A stretch of 64,000 bases of DNA from Acidobacteriota bacterium. Its GTDB lineage: Bacteria; Acidobacteriota; UBA6911; RPQK01; JAJDTT01. Where the stretch lies: assembly GCA_965217775.1 (NCBI GenBank), contig CBDCJH010000002.1, forward strand, positions 4,640,001 through 4,704,000, given 5' to 3'. How positions within the stretch are numbered: position 1 is the first letter of the stretch; each line of letters opens with the position of its first letter. The position numbers and the translations under genes were made by a program. The notes beneath the pieces were generated by a model. It saw only the letters and a list, made by a program, of their open reading frames with translations, was not told the origin of the DNA and did no database searches. This document shows, one piece after another, positions 27,318-35,989 of this stretch.

Positions 27318-30122
27318 CTAGTGTCCTTCTTCGTTTCTACGCCTCCGGATCAAGTCGCGGTGTTCCTGATCCTTCCGGTTGATGGTGTGGTACGCGTTGC
27401 GGAGCGCCCGCTTGAAGTCCATCGTGAGCTCCACGGCCGTGGGCAGGCCGTGAATGACGTGCGGGGTGATGAAGACGACCAACTCGGAGCGGCGCTTGTT
27501 CTTGGTGGTCCGCCCGAAGAGAGCCCCTACTACGGGGATGTCTCCCAATACCGGGATCCGGCTGCGGCTGCTGTCGCTGCTGTCGCTGATGATGCCGGCG
27601 ATGGCCACCGTCTCGCCGTCCCGCACGATCAGGGAGGTTTCCACGTAGTTCTGGCTGATGGTGGGGGTGAGAGACGAGCCCGCGGCCTGGCTGACCTCGA
27701 TGGCCAGATCCATGGTCACGATGCCGCTGGCGCTGGTGCGGGGCATGATCAGGACGGAGGTCCCGGTGGGACGATAGTTGATGCTGTTGGCGAAGGCGCT
27801 GGCGACTCCCGACGTGATGGGGTCTCCGTAGGAGGCGGTCGTGACCGGCACCTCGGCGCCCACGTTGATTCGAGCCTGCATCCCGTCCACCGCCAGCAGC
27901 GTGGGAGCCTCCAGGATTTCCACGTTGGTCCGGGATCGAAGCGCCGTGATGGCGGCCTCCAACTCTCGTTGTGCCCCGATGAAGGCCTTGGTCACCATGG
28001 ACAGTGCGCCGCCTCCCCCGCCACCGTCAGAGCCGCCGCTGAGGCTGCCGGTAGTGGGCGGACCCGTGCTGTCGGCCTGCCGTCCCCGGAGGAAGGCGGC
28101 CACGCCAAAGCTGAGGTCGTCCCGCAGCTCCACCGAGTAGATCCTGGCTTCCATGAACACCTGACGCGGCAGCTTGTCCAGTTGACGGATGGTATCCAGC
28201 AGAAAACGGTAGTCCGCCTCTGTGGACTGGATGATCAGAGAGTTGCTGAAATCGTTGACGACGATGCGGATATCTCCCGCACTCACCACCCGGATGCCGG
28301 ACGGACGGCTGAGGGAACGCCCGAACAGGGAGGGCCCCATGCCCCTGCCGCCACCGCCACCGTAGCCGCCGCCATAGCCGCCGTAACCGCCGCCGCCGTA
28401 ACCGCCGCCGTAACCGCCGTAGCCACCCCCGCCGTAGCCACCCCCGCCATAGCCGCCACCGTAACCACCGTACCCGCCGCCGCCGTAACCGCCGCCGTAC
28501 CCGCCGTAGCCACCCCCCCCGTAGCCGCCATAGCCGCCGCCGTACCCGCCGTACCCGCCATAGCCTCGCTGCTGGCGGAGGAAGCGGGGGTCCTGGATCG
28601 GGGTTCGCTGCATTTGGTCGCCCGCCTGCGGGTCCGTGGGATCGGTCCCGCCCGTGGGCAGGCCCAATCCCTGGTAGTAGAGCTGGCCCAGGACGTCCGC
28701 GATGTAGGCGGCGGTGTTGTTCTCGACTTCGTAGACGTAGGTCTTGAGATTGGTGTTGGTGGAAGGAGTGTCCAGCTTGGCGACCCAGGTCTTGACCTCC
28801 TGCAGGACCGAAGGCGCGTGCGTGACCACGAGGATGCTGTTGAGCCGCTCGATGGCGACGATGCGCACACCGCCTCCCTTTTCATTGGGAGAAAAGACCG
28901 CGCTCAGGTCCGTGGCCACGTCCACGGCATGATTGTGCCGGACGGTGATCAGATCCACCGTGTTGATGGAGAAATACTCGGTGTCCAGCATCCGGATCAG
29001 GTTCAGGGCCTGTTGGATGTTCCGGCGGTAATCGGTGATCAGGAGAATGTTGACCGAGACCAGGTTGACCACGGTGGCTCCCTCGGAGACGAAGGGCTTC
29101 AGGATCTCGATCATGTCTTCGGAGGGGAGGTAGTGGAGGGGAATGACATAGGTGATGATGCCCTCTTCGTCCTCCAGCCGGCGGGCCTCCTCCGATTCCG
29201 ACGGCGTCAGGACCGTGGGACCGGGAGCAGACTCGGAAGCCGCCGCCTGCTCCGCCGCGGAAGCTTCTCCCTCTTGAGCAGGCCCGGCCGCGGCGGACGT
29301 TACCGTCTCTCCGGGGAGAGCCGCCCCTTGCGCGGGAGCAGTTCCCCCCGGAGACACCGCCGTCACGGCCCCTTCCGAGGGATCGGCTTCGGGGATTTCC
29401 CGCCCGGGAGGTACGGTCTCGGGTTCCTCCTCCCGGGCTTCCTGTTTCTCCGGGACCGGAGCGGGGACGGCCCGACTTCCGCCGGAGGAAGGCGGCCGGG
29501 CCAGAATCTTGTGCGGCACACGGGGACTCTTGCCGATGGGCAGGACCACGTAGATCCCCTCTTGCTTGACGATGGCCTGTCCCGCCAGCTTGAGCACCTG
29601 CTCCAGGACCCGGAAGAGGGTCTTCTTGGGGATGTCGTCCATGGTGAACAGGCTGACCGATCCGGAGACGGCGGGATCGATGACGTAGGAGTACCCCAGC
29701 TCGGTCATGACGGCGTTCACCACCCGGTCGACGGGCATGTCGGTGAAGGCCAGCTTGACTCCTCCGTTTCCCTTGCCGGAGCGCCCCGAGCCGCCGTTCG
29801 GAGACCTCGTTGCGGCCTGGAACTTGTCACGAGAGGAATCCGTTTCCGGGGAAGTCCCGGAGTCGCTTTGAGCGTCCTGAGCCTGCCTCCGGTACAGCTC
29901 CTGGAGAGCCTGACGGCGCTTCTGGAGTTGGTCTCCCGCCTTCTCCGAACCGGACTCCGGGGGAAGACCGCCGACGTTCACGGCGGGATCGGCCCCCACC
30001 AGCGGCTCCTGACCGGTCTGCCGGGTGGTCCCGGAACGTTGAGCGAAGCCGACTCGCTGCGCAACCACTGCGAGTTCGCTGCCGCCGAATAGAATCAATA
30101 CAACCACGATCCACCAACGCAT
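27318..30122 (-). CDS. gspD: Type II secretion secretin
   Basis: N domains, QVFMEARI, GETVAIAGII, IPVLGDIPVVGALF, ELVVFITP. Confidence 0.93.
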   Translation of the reverse strand: MRWWIVVVLILFGGSELAVVAQRVGFAQRSGTTRQTGQEPLVGADPAVNVGGLPPESGSEKAGDQLQKRRQALQELYRRQAQDAQSDSGTSPETDSSRDKFQAATRSPNGGSGRSGKGNGGVKLAFTDMPVDRVVNAVMTELGYSYVIDPAVSGSVSLFTMDDIPKKTLFRVLEQVLKLAGQAIVKQEGIYVVLPIGKSPRVPHKILARPPSSGGSRAVPAPVPEKQEAREEEPETVPPGREIPEADPSEGAVTAVSPGGTAPAQGAALPGETVTSAAAGPAQEGEASAAEQAAASESAPGPTVLTPSESEEARRLEDEEGIITYVIPLHYLPSEDMIEILKPFVSEGATVVNLVSVNILLITDYRRNIQQALNLIRMLDTEYFSINTVDLITVRHNHAVDVATDLSAVFSPNEKGGGVRIVAIERLNSILVVTHAPSVLQEVKTWVAKLDTPSTNTNLKTYVYEVENNTAAYIADVLGQLYYQGLGLPTGGTDPTDPQAGDQMQRTPIQDPRFLRQQRGYGGYGGYGGGYGGYGGGGYGGYGGGYGGGGYGGYGGGYGGGGYGGGGYGGYGGGYGGGGYGGYGGGYGGGGGRGMGPSLFGRSLSRPSGIRVVSAGDIRIVVNDFSNSLIIQSTEADYRFLLDTIRQLDKLPRQVFMEARIYSVELRDDLSFGVAAFLRGRQADSTGPPTTGSLSGGSDGGGGGGALSMVTKAFIGAQRELEAAITALRSRTNVEILEAPTLLAVDGMQARINVGAEVPVTTASYGDPITSGVASAFANSINYRPTGTSVLIMPRTSASGIVTMDLAIEVSQAAGSSLTPTISQNYVETSLIVRDGETVAIAGIISDSSDSSRSRIPVLGDIPVVGALFGRTTKNKRRSELVVFITPHVIHGLPTAVELTMDFKRALRNAYHTINRKDQEHRDLIRRRRNEEGH
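28345..28563 (-). repeat. Gly/Tyr low-complexity tract within the secretin
   Basis: About 70 aa of (GGY)n/(GGGY)n. Confidence 0.9.
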
Positions 30123-30214
30123 TAGCTAAACCTCTTGCGAGAAATCATAAGTCGCGAATACATTTCGAAAATTCAAATCGTTGGACCTCGGCGGCTGGAA
30201 ACCGCCGCTCCTCC

Positions 30215-31012
30215 TCATCTCCGGGTCGCGGCGCTGCCGTAGACGGGCCGTCTGGCGGTGGCGGTGCGGCCGCGGGCGGTGCCCTGGCGGCCCGTTAGGG
30301 TCGTGCGGCCGCGGGCGGCGGCTCCTCCGGCCCGGATTCTTTGTTGGCCGGCGGTGGGACTCACGGCCGCACGCGCCGCCTCCTCGGCGGGCGGGACCGA
30401 TGCGGCCACCGTCTCCACCGCGGCCCGGGTGGAACCGACGGTCACGATGTTGACCGCGCCGGCTCCGGCCTGCTTGGAGGCCGACTTCTTGGACTGCTTG
30501 CCCTTCTTGGAGTCCATGATGTCGATCAACTCGGTGTGATGGTTCCATACCAGGGTGACCGTGGTCGAGGTGATCTCCCCCACCCGGTACCCCTGAACCA
30601 TGTCGCCCAGCATCACCGTCCGGGACTCGCCCTGATTCTTCTTCCCCGCGAAAACGGTCAGGAACGCCCTCTGCTCCCCCCGGATGGTGGACACGCCGTG
30701 CAGAGTCGGCTTTATGGGCAGTGGAGGGGGCTTCTGGGAGGCGACCGGCGCCGCCCCGGTCACCTCCTCTTCCGGCCGGCGTTCCGGGTTGAAGAGGTTT
30801 CGCTCATGGATCTCCAGGTAGTCATTGAAAGACCGCGGCGATTCCTGTCGGAAGGACGCCTCCTCGGGCGGCGCGGGACTGCGGTTGATGCGCTGGTAGA
30901 CATCCTGCCGCGTGGACTCCTGGAAATGTCGCCAGTTCGAGATCAAGCGCTGGCCCAGAAGGCCGACGCCCGCCACCAGCAACAGATTGAGAAATACGAC
31001 TCCTTGCCTCAT
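30215..31012 (-). CDS. GspC-like T2SS protein
   Basis: N-terminal TM, RNLFNPER, LHGV..AFL..LGDMVQGYRVGEI HR-like domain; position upstream of gspD. Confidence 0.65.
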   Translation of the reverse strand: MRQGVVFLNLLLVAGVGLLGQRLISNWRHFQESTRQDVYQRINRSPAPPEEASFRQESPRSFNDYLEIHERNLFNPERRPEEEVTGAAPVASQKPPPLPIKPTLHGVSTIRGEQRAFLTVFAGKKNQGESRTVMLGDMVQGYRVGEITSTTVTLVWNHHTELIDIMDSKKGKQSKKSASKQAGAGAVNIVTVGSTRAAVETVAASVPPAEEAARAAVSPTAGQQRIRAGGAAARGRTTLTGRQGTARGRTATARRPVYGSAATRR

Positions 31013-31599
31013 GTTCCGCCCCTGGTAGAGATGCCCGACTCGGGAGAAAGTTGAATCAGGCCCGAAACGTGAATGCTGGGGTTGAGGCGTCGCTTGCCCT
31101 TGGCCCTTCCGACCCGGAGCTCCAGGTTTTCGACCTTCAGGAACTTGGGGTAGGTCGAAAGCGCGTGCACGAACTCCAACACCTGCCGCAGATCGGCCCT
31201 AAGATTCACCCTCAGGGTGATCTTCGCGTACCGATCGTCCAGGACCCGCTCCTGGACCCGGCTGCTCCGGGAGATGGTGATGCCCAGGCGGGACGCCAGA
31301 TCCCGCACCGCCAGTTCCACCTGGGTGGTGGCGTCGCTCGAATTCTCGGCCTCGATGAAGCGGCTCTCGTACTGCTGGACCCGCCGCTCGATCTCCTCGC
31401 TCCGCGACCGGTAGTAGTCCCGCTGAGAGAGGAGCTGCTTCGAACGCTCCAGCAACTTGGCCTTGGTCTCCAATTCGGCCGGGATCGAGGCCCGGGCCTC
31501 ATTGAAGGGCTCCACCGCGAAGAAGTAGACCAGCACGACGGCTGCCGTCAGGCCTCCTCCCTGCAGGATGCGCCGTTCTCGATGCGTCAGCTTCCTCAT
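31009..31599 (-). CDS. gspM: T2SS GspM/PilO-like protein
   Basis: LTHRERRIL + TM + coiled coil; operon position. Confidence 0.8.
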   Translation of the reverse strand: MRKLTHRERRILQGGGLTAAVVLVYFFAVEPFNEARASIPAELETKAKLLERSKQLLSQRDYYRSRSEEIERRVQQYESRFIEAENSSDATTQVELAVRDLASRLGITISRSSRVQERVLDDRYAKITLRVNLRADLRQVLEFVHALSTYPKFLKVENLELRVGRAKGKRRLNPSIHVSGLIQLSPESGISTRGGT

Positions 31600-31608
31600 G
31601 GCTCCCTT

Positions 31609-33009
31609 TCACTTGGACGTGGCGTCGAAGGTGAACTTCTCCCGATTCCCCATCCCCCTGGCGGGCGCGATGTTCCGGGGTTCGACGGTATCCAGCGACT
31701 CGGAGGTGGTGAGGTTGGACAGGAGCCCCGACGCCGACGACGCGTAGCCCACCATGTTGACCTGTTCCCCTCGAATCGACAACCGGTCCAGGAACGCGTC
31801 GTCCGGGGTCTTCTCCGTCATCTCCCGCAGGATTCCCAGGACCTTCTGCCGGCCCTGCATCAACTCCTGCAGTTCCGCCAGCCGGGCTTCGGCCCGGCGG
31901 GTCCGTTCCCGCAGCTCCATGACCTCCTGGACCCTGGGCTGCAGGGCGTCGAGCTCCGTCCGGATCTGGCCGGTCAGATCGGACTGCTGGAAATAATCCC
32001 TGCTCAGCAGGGCCACGGCCATCACGGCCACCAGTCCCGCCAGCAGAGCCGTCGGCGCCAGGCTGGACCGTTCCAGCACCAGCCGCTTCTCCTCCGGAAT
32101 CAGGTTGTACTTGGCGGGTCCCGACCGGGTCAGACCTGAAATGGCCAACCCGGCGGCCGGCAGGAACGGCTCCACCGCCTCTGCCCGGAGGTTCCGAGGG
32201 GCCAGTTGAAGCTGCGTGCGGAGCAGTTCGCAATCCTCGAAGCGGGCCCGGAACTCGCCCAGGAGGGAGCCGGCCAGAGCGCCGCTCAGGTAGATCTTGC
32301 GAAGCTCGGCCCCCACCGGGCCGACCTGGGAGAGAAAGGCGTCCACATGGTGCAGGATCGACGCCAGCGTCAGCGCCTCGTCTTCCCGCAGCCCCACCTT
32401 CTGGGAGAAGTACTTGCTGGAGCCGGAGATCAGCACCATCTCGATGGCACCGGGGTCCAGAGCCAGGGCCAGACAAGGCTGCTCCGCGGGTAGTCCGTCG
32501 GCGTGAGCCAGCAGAACCTGGTGATAGGCGATGCTCGAGAGGCGGATGGCCACCGGATACAGGTCGGCGGGTTCGAGGATCTCCAGGTACCGGTCCAGCG
32601 TGGCGCGGGGCAGCATGGTGATCTGGATCAGCAGCTTGCCATTGGCTTCGTCCTTTTCCAGGACCTGATATTCGAAGTAGGACCCGTTCTCCTCGGTGGG
32701 TTCCAGGCGCTCCACCTGGAACTGGACCATCTGATCCAGGTTCTCTTCCACCTCCAGTGGTAGCTCCAGCCACCGGACCACCGCTTCGTCGCGGGGAATT
32801 CCCAGGATGATCCGGTCCTTGAGGGCCCCGTAGGACCGGACCGACTGGCGGATACGGTCCCGGAGCCGCGCCGGCGGCAGGTTCCGGAAATCTTCGATGA
32901 CGGCGTGATCCTGGAGCTCGAACTGGCGGAAACCCTTGCGGACAACGGCCAGGATCAAGTCCGGGCCGTGGACTTCAACGCCGAGTGCGGTTCCTAAGCT
33001 GAGTCGCAT
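31609..33009 (-). CDS. gspL: T2SS GspL (PilM-like + PilN domain)
   Basis: Actin-like cytoplasmic domain, NLIP, TM, PilN-like C-terminus. Confidence 0.8.
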   Translation of the reverse strand: MRLSLGTALGVEVHGPDLILAVVRKGFRQFELQDHAVIEDFRNLPPARLRDRIRQSVRSYGALKDRIILGIPRDEAVVRWLELPLEVEENLDQMVQFQVERLEPTEENGSYFEYQVLEKDEANGKLLIQITMLPRATLDRYLEILEPADLYPVAIRLSSIAYHQVLLAHADGLPAEQPCLALALDPGAIEMVLISGSSKYFSQKVGLREDEALTLASILHHVDAFLSQVGPVGAELRKIYLSGALAGSLLGEFRARFEDCELLRTQLQLAPRNLRAEAVEPFLPAAGLAISGLTRSGPAKYNLIPEEKRLVLERSSLAPTALLAGLVAVMAVALLSRDYFQQSDLTGQIRTELDALQPRVQEVMELRERTRRAEARLAELQELMQGRQKVLGILREMTEKTPDDAFLDRLSIRGEQVNMVGYASSASGLLSNLTTSESLDTVEPRNIAPARGMGNREKFTFDATSK

Positions 33010-33162
33010 GGTTGAAAGTCACCTCGTGGGAGGGGGGGACAGGAGGGGGCATTCTTGTGCCCCGTTCTTGTGGCCCGTTCCCAATTCGTACACTTCGCGG
33101 TGTGGATGTTGGTGGTTGGGGTATTGTTGCATTGGAGTTCGGCGGTTGGAAACCGCCGCTCC

Positions 33163-34167
33163 CTATAGTTCCGTGTTCGCTTCATTCCAGTACAGGACAG
33201 CATACTGCTTGATTCCGACTCCGATCCGGATCACGGCGTTGATGCGGCCGATCACCTCCGATCCGGACAGCCGTCCGGTGCTGATCAGGTTGTAGACGTT
33301 GGATCGCAGGGTCGAAAGATAGGAGGCCGTGTCCGTGGGCAGGCCGGGGATCTGGGTCAATGCGGTGTTCACGTCGCCCAGGGGGAACTGGCGGCGCATT
33401 TCGTCGATGACCAGCGCCGTCTCGTAGGTCAGCCCCGGGATGGCGGCCAGGACCGGGACCGGCGCCGAGTTGACGTTGATCCGGTTCACGCTGCTGAAGA
33501 CGGTGAGGTACTTTCCCAGCCCGAAGTACTCGACCCGTTCGCCGTCGGGCGTGAGGCCCTTTTGGCCGTAGTAGATCTCGGGCGTCACCCCCCGCACCAG
33601 AAGCAGCTCTTCGGGGACGTCGAAGGGGCCGTTCTTGGCGAAGTAGGGCTGCGGGAGGGAGAGATAGTAGTCGCTCTCGGCCCCGTTGGGCCGGAAGAAT
33701 TCGTCGGGGTCCCTCCAGTCCTCGATGGAATCGGTGAGCATGTCGGCGTCGCCGGGCTCCATTCCCACCGTGATCAGAAGATTGTAGATCAGGTGCGAAG
33801 GGGCCGTGTTCAGGTTGATCTTCCCGGTCTCGTCCACCACCTCCACGTCGGCGAAATCGGCTCCCAACTGCAAGGTGACGGCTCCGGTCATGACTTCGGG
33901 GACCGAACCCGGACCCATTTCCATGCGCTGTTGGCTCTTGGCGAAGGCCATCTGGGATTCGATGATCCGATAGACGGCGTAGTCGATTCCGGCCCGGGCC
34001 AGGTAGTGCGCCCGCTTCTGGTCCACCAGGTTGCGGGTGGCGTCGATTTCGGTGCGGATGGCCGCGCCGAAGCTCAGCGCCAAGAGTCCCAGGGCCAGCA
34101 TCACCCAGAGGACGATGATGAGGACCGCGCCCCGGTCGCCGTCACCAGTGCTCGATCGGTTCCTCAT
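33163..34167 (-). CDS. gspK: Minor pseudopilin GspK
   Basis: RGAVLIIVLW, DETGKINLN, DWRDPD, RINVNSAP. Confidence 0.93.
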   Translation of the reverse strand: MRNRSSTGDGDRGAVLIIVLWVMLALGLLALSFGAAIRTEIDATRNLVDQKRAHYLARAGIDYAVYRIIESQMAFAKSQQRMEMGPGSVPEVMTGAVTLQLGADFADVEVVDETGKINLNTAPSHLIYNLLITVGMEPGDADMLTDSIEDWRDPDEFFRPNGAESDYYLSLPQPYFAKNGPFDVPEELLLVRGVTPEIYYGQKGLTPDGERVEYFGLGKYLTVFSSVNRINVNSAPVPVLAAIPGLTYETALVIDEMRRQFPLGDVNTALTQIPGLPTDTASYLSTLRSNVYNLISTGRLSGSEVIGRINAVIRIGVGIKQYAVLYWNEANTEL

Positions 34168-34892
34168 TTGCGATCCCCCGCGGTTCCATATACCCGGCTC
34201 GACCTTCCCCGCCGTCCGATGAAGCTGGCGTTGACGGAGGCGAAGACCTCCCCTCTGTTATGAACGATGCGGATGGCCCGAGGCACGGACTGCATTTCCT
34301 CTCCCAGCCATTCCGGGAACCAGGCGAACACCTTCTGACGGGGGTCGTACCCGTAGTACTGGAACTCCAGCGCGGTGATGTCCCGGATCAGGGGCAGCGG
34401 CTTTCCGTCCGGGATCCGGACCATGGTATTGAAGCTGTCCAGGCCCACGAACTGGGCCTCCATGGAGCCCATGTAGGGATCTCCGTACTCGTCCTCGGCC
34501 AGACCATAGCGGACCACGGTCAATCCGGGCGTCCGATGCATGACCAACGGCGCCACGGTGATAAAGGTGACCGAATCGGGGGTGCCGAAGAAGAGGGGCG
34601 TCTGAAAGCGGGTGGGAGGCTCCACCGGGCCCAACCCGGTCCGGTCCGGCGGGGCCACCGGGCGCAGGGGGTAGAGGGACGCGACCTGGCGCTTGACCTG
34701 ATCTCCGAGGATTCTCTCGGCCGCCTCCTCCTCCAGCCGGGTCTGGCTCTTCTGGTAGCTGTTGAGGGCCAGGCGAAAGGAGGAGAAGACGATGCCGGCC
34801 ACCAGTCCCAGGATGGTGAAGGCGACGACCAGTTCAATCAGGGTGAAGCCGGAGTCGGGCCTCACTTTGTTCGACGAAATTCCAAATTCCAA
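34164..34892 (-). CDS. gspJ: Pseudopilin GspJ-like (start may be near 34862)
   Basis: GFTLIEL prepilin motif; order in operon. Confidence 0.8.
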   Translation of the reverse strand: MEFGISSNKVRPDSGFTLIELVVAFTILGLVAGIVFSSFRLALNSYQKSQTRLEEEAAERILGDQVKRQVASLYPLRPVAPPDRTGLGPVEPPTRFQTPLFFGTPDSVTFITVAPLVMHRTPGLTVVRYGLAEDEYGDPYMGSMEAQFVGLDSFNTMVRIPDGKPLPLIRDITALEFQYYGYDPRQKVFAWFPEWLGEEMQSVPRAIRIVHNRGEVFASVNASFIGRRGRSSRVYGTAGDRK

Positions 34893-34935
34893 AACTCAAT
34901 TCCCAAACGCATTCCAGATTCCAACTGCGAGATTT

Positions 34936-35457
34936 CTATCTCCCGCCTCCGCGCAGGATCCTTTCCATCTCGCTCTGACGCCCTCCCCGGTTCGCCGGGG
35001 CGGCGTGGGGATCGGCGACCAGCTTGAGGCACCGGGTGGTGTAGAACTTGCCGTGGGGATCGTTCTTGTAGCGCACCCGGACCTCCAGCAGAAGCAGGTT
35101 CACCGGCGGGACGGCGATCTCCAGGGAGAGGCCCTGCCGGGGCGGTTCCCAGAAATCCACCGTGGCCGCGTAGTCGAACTCGTCGTCCAGATTCCCGTCC
35201 AATTGGATTGGGCCCACCAAGTCCTCGTCGCTGAGAAGCCGGTTCATGACATTCTCGGCATGTCCCATGGCGCGATGGGCCAGGTCGATCCGCCTGACGT
35301 TCTTCAGGCCTCCCGAGAAGGTCTGCATGGTGACGGCGACGCCCAAGCCCAGGATGGAGACCGCGACCAGGACCTCGAGGAGGGTGAAGCCCGCATGGGA
35401 GCGGCGGCGTGGAGCGGCGGCTTTCTTGCCGCCGAACGCGGAGCGTCCTTCCTTCAC
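34936..35457 (-). CDS. gspI: Pseudopilin GspI-like
   Basis: GFTLLEVLVA; GTGA overlap with the gspH stop. Confidence 0.8.
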   Translation of the reverse strand: MKEGRSAFGGKKAAAPRRRSHAGFTLLEVLVAVSILGLGVAVTMQTFSGGLKNVRRIDLAHRAMGHAENVMNRLLSDEDLVGPIQLDGNLDDEFDYAATVDFWEPPRQGLSLEIAVPPVNLLLLEVRVRYKNDPHGKFYTTRCLKLVADPHAAPANRGGRQSEMERILRGGGR

Positions 35458-35963
35458 TTCGGTCTCCCTTGGGATTCGAGGATGGGCGACACCTTGGCCA
35501 GGCCGGTGACGGCGTCGGCCTTGACGTAGAGGCGTTTCTCCTGGCGGTTGACCAGTCCGATGGCGCCGCCGGAGCTGCGGCCATTGGAGTAGAAGTTGAC
35601 CCTCCACGGAAGCGGTGTGTCGTCGATGGTCTGGGGCACGATTCCGTCCGGCAGGTCCACGCTGCCGATCTCCTCTCCGAACTCGTTGGCCAGGACGTAG
35701 TAGCCCGCCCCCGTGTCGTCGCGGGTCACGATGATGCGGCGGACGGTGTGGCGTCCGATGGCTTCGAAACGGGCCCGCTTCATGCGCGTCGCCAGATCCC
35801 GGCAGGCGGCCTCGAGCTCCAGGCCCTGGAGGCCGGAGGTGAAGGAGGGCAGGATCAGCATGGTGGCCAGGCCCATGATGATCAGGAGGACCATGAGCTC
35901 GACCAGGGTGAAGCCGGTTTGGTTGTTCGATTTGACTCGCGTCATGTCAGGTTTCACGAGCAT
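35454..35963 (-). CDS. gspH: Pseudopilin GspH/FimT-like
   Basis: GFTLVEL, FYSNGRSSGG. Confidence 0.85.
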   Translation of the reverse strand: MLVKPDMTRVKSNNQTGFTLVELMVLLIIMGLATMLILPSFTSGLQGLELEAACRDLATRMKRARFEAIGRHTVRRIIVTRDDTGAGYYVLANEFGEEIGSVDLPDGIVPQTIDDTPLPWRVNFYSNGRSSGGAIGLVNRQEKRLYVKADAVTGLAKVSPILESQGRPK

Positions 35964-35989
35964 GGTGGCGGGGAGGTCGGCGGCAAGAA

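Noticed and set aside
34875-34935. AAATTCC-like short repeats as a regulatory array (also near 42033)
   Set aside because: Only 3-4 degenerate heptamers; too weak to assign a function
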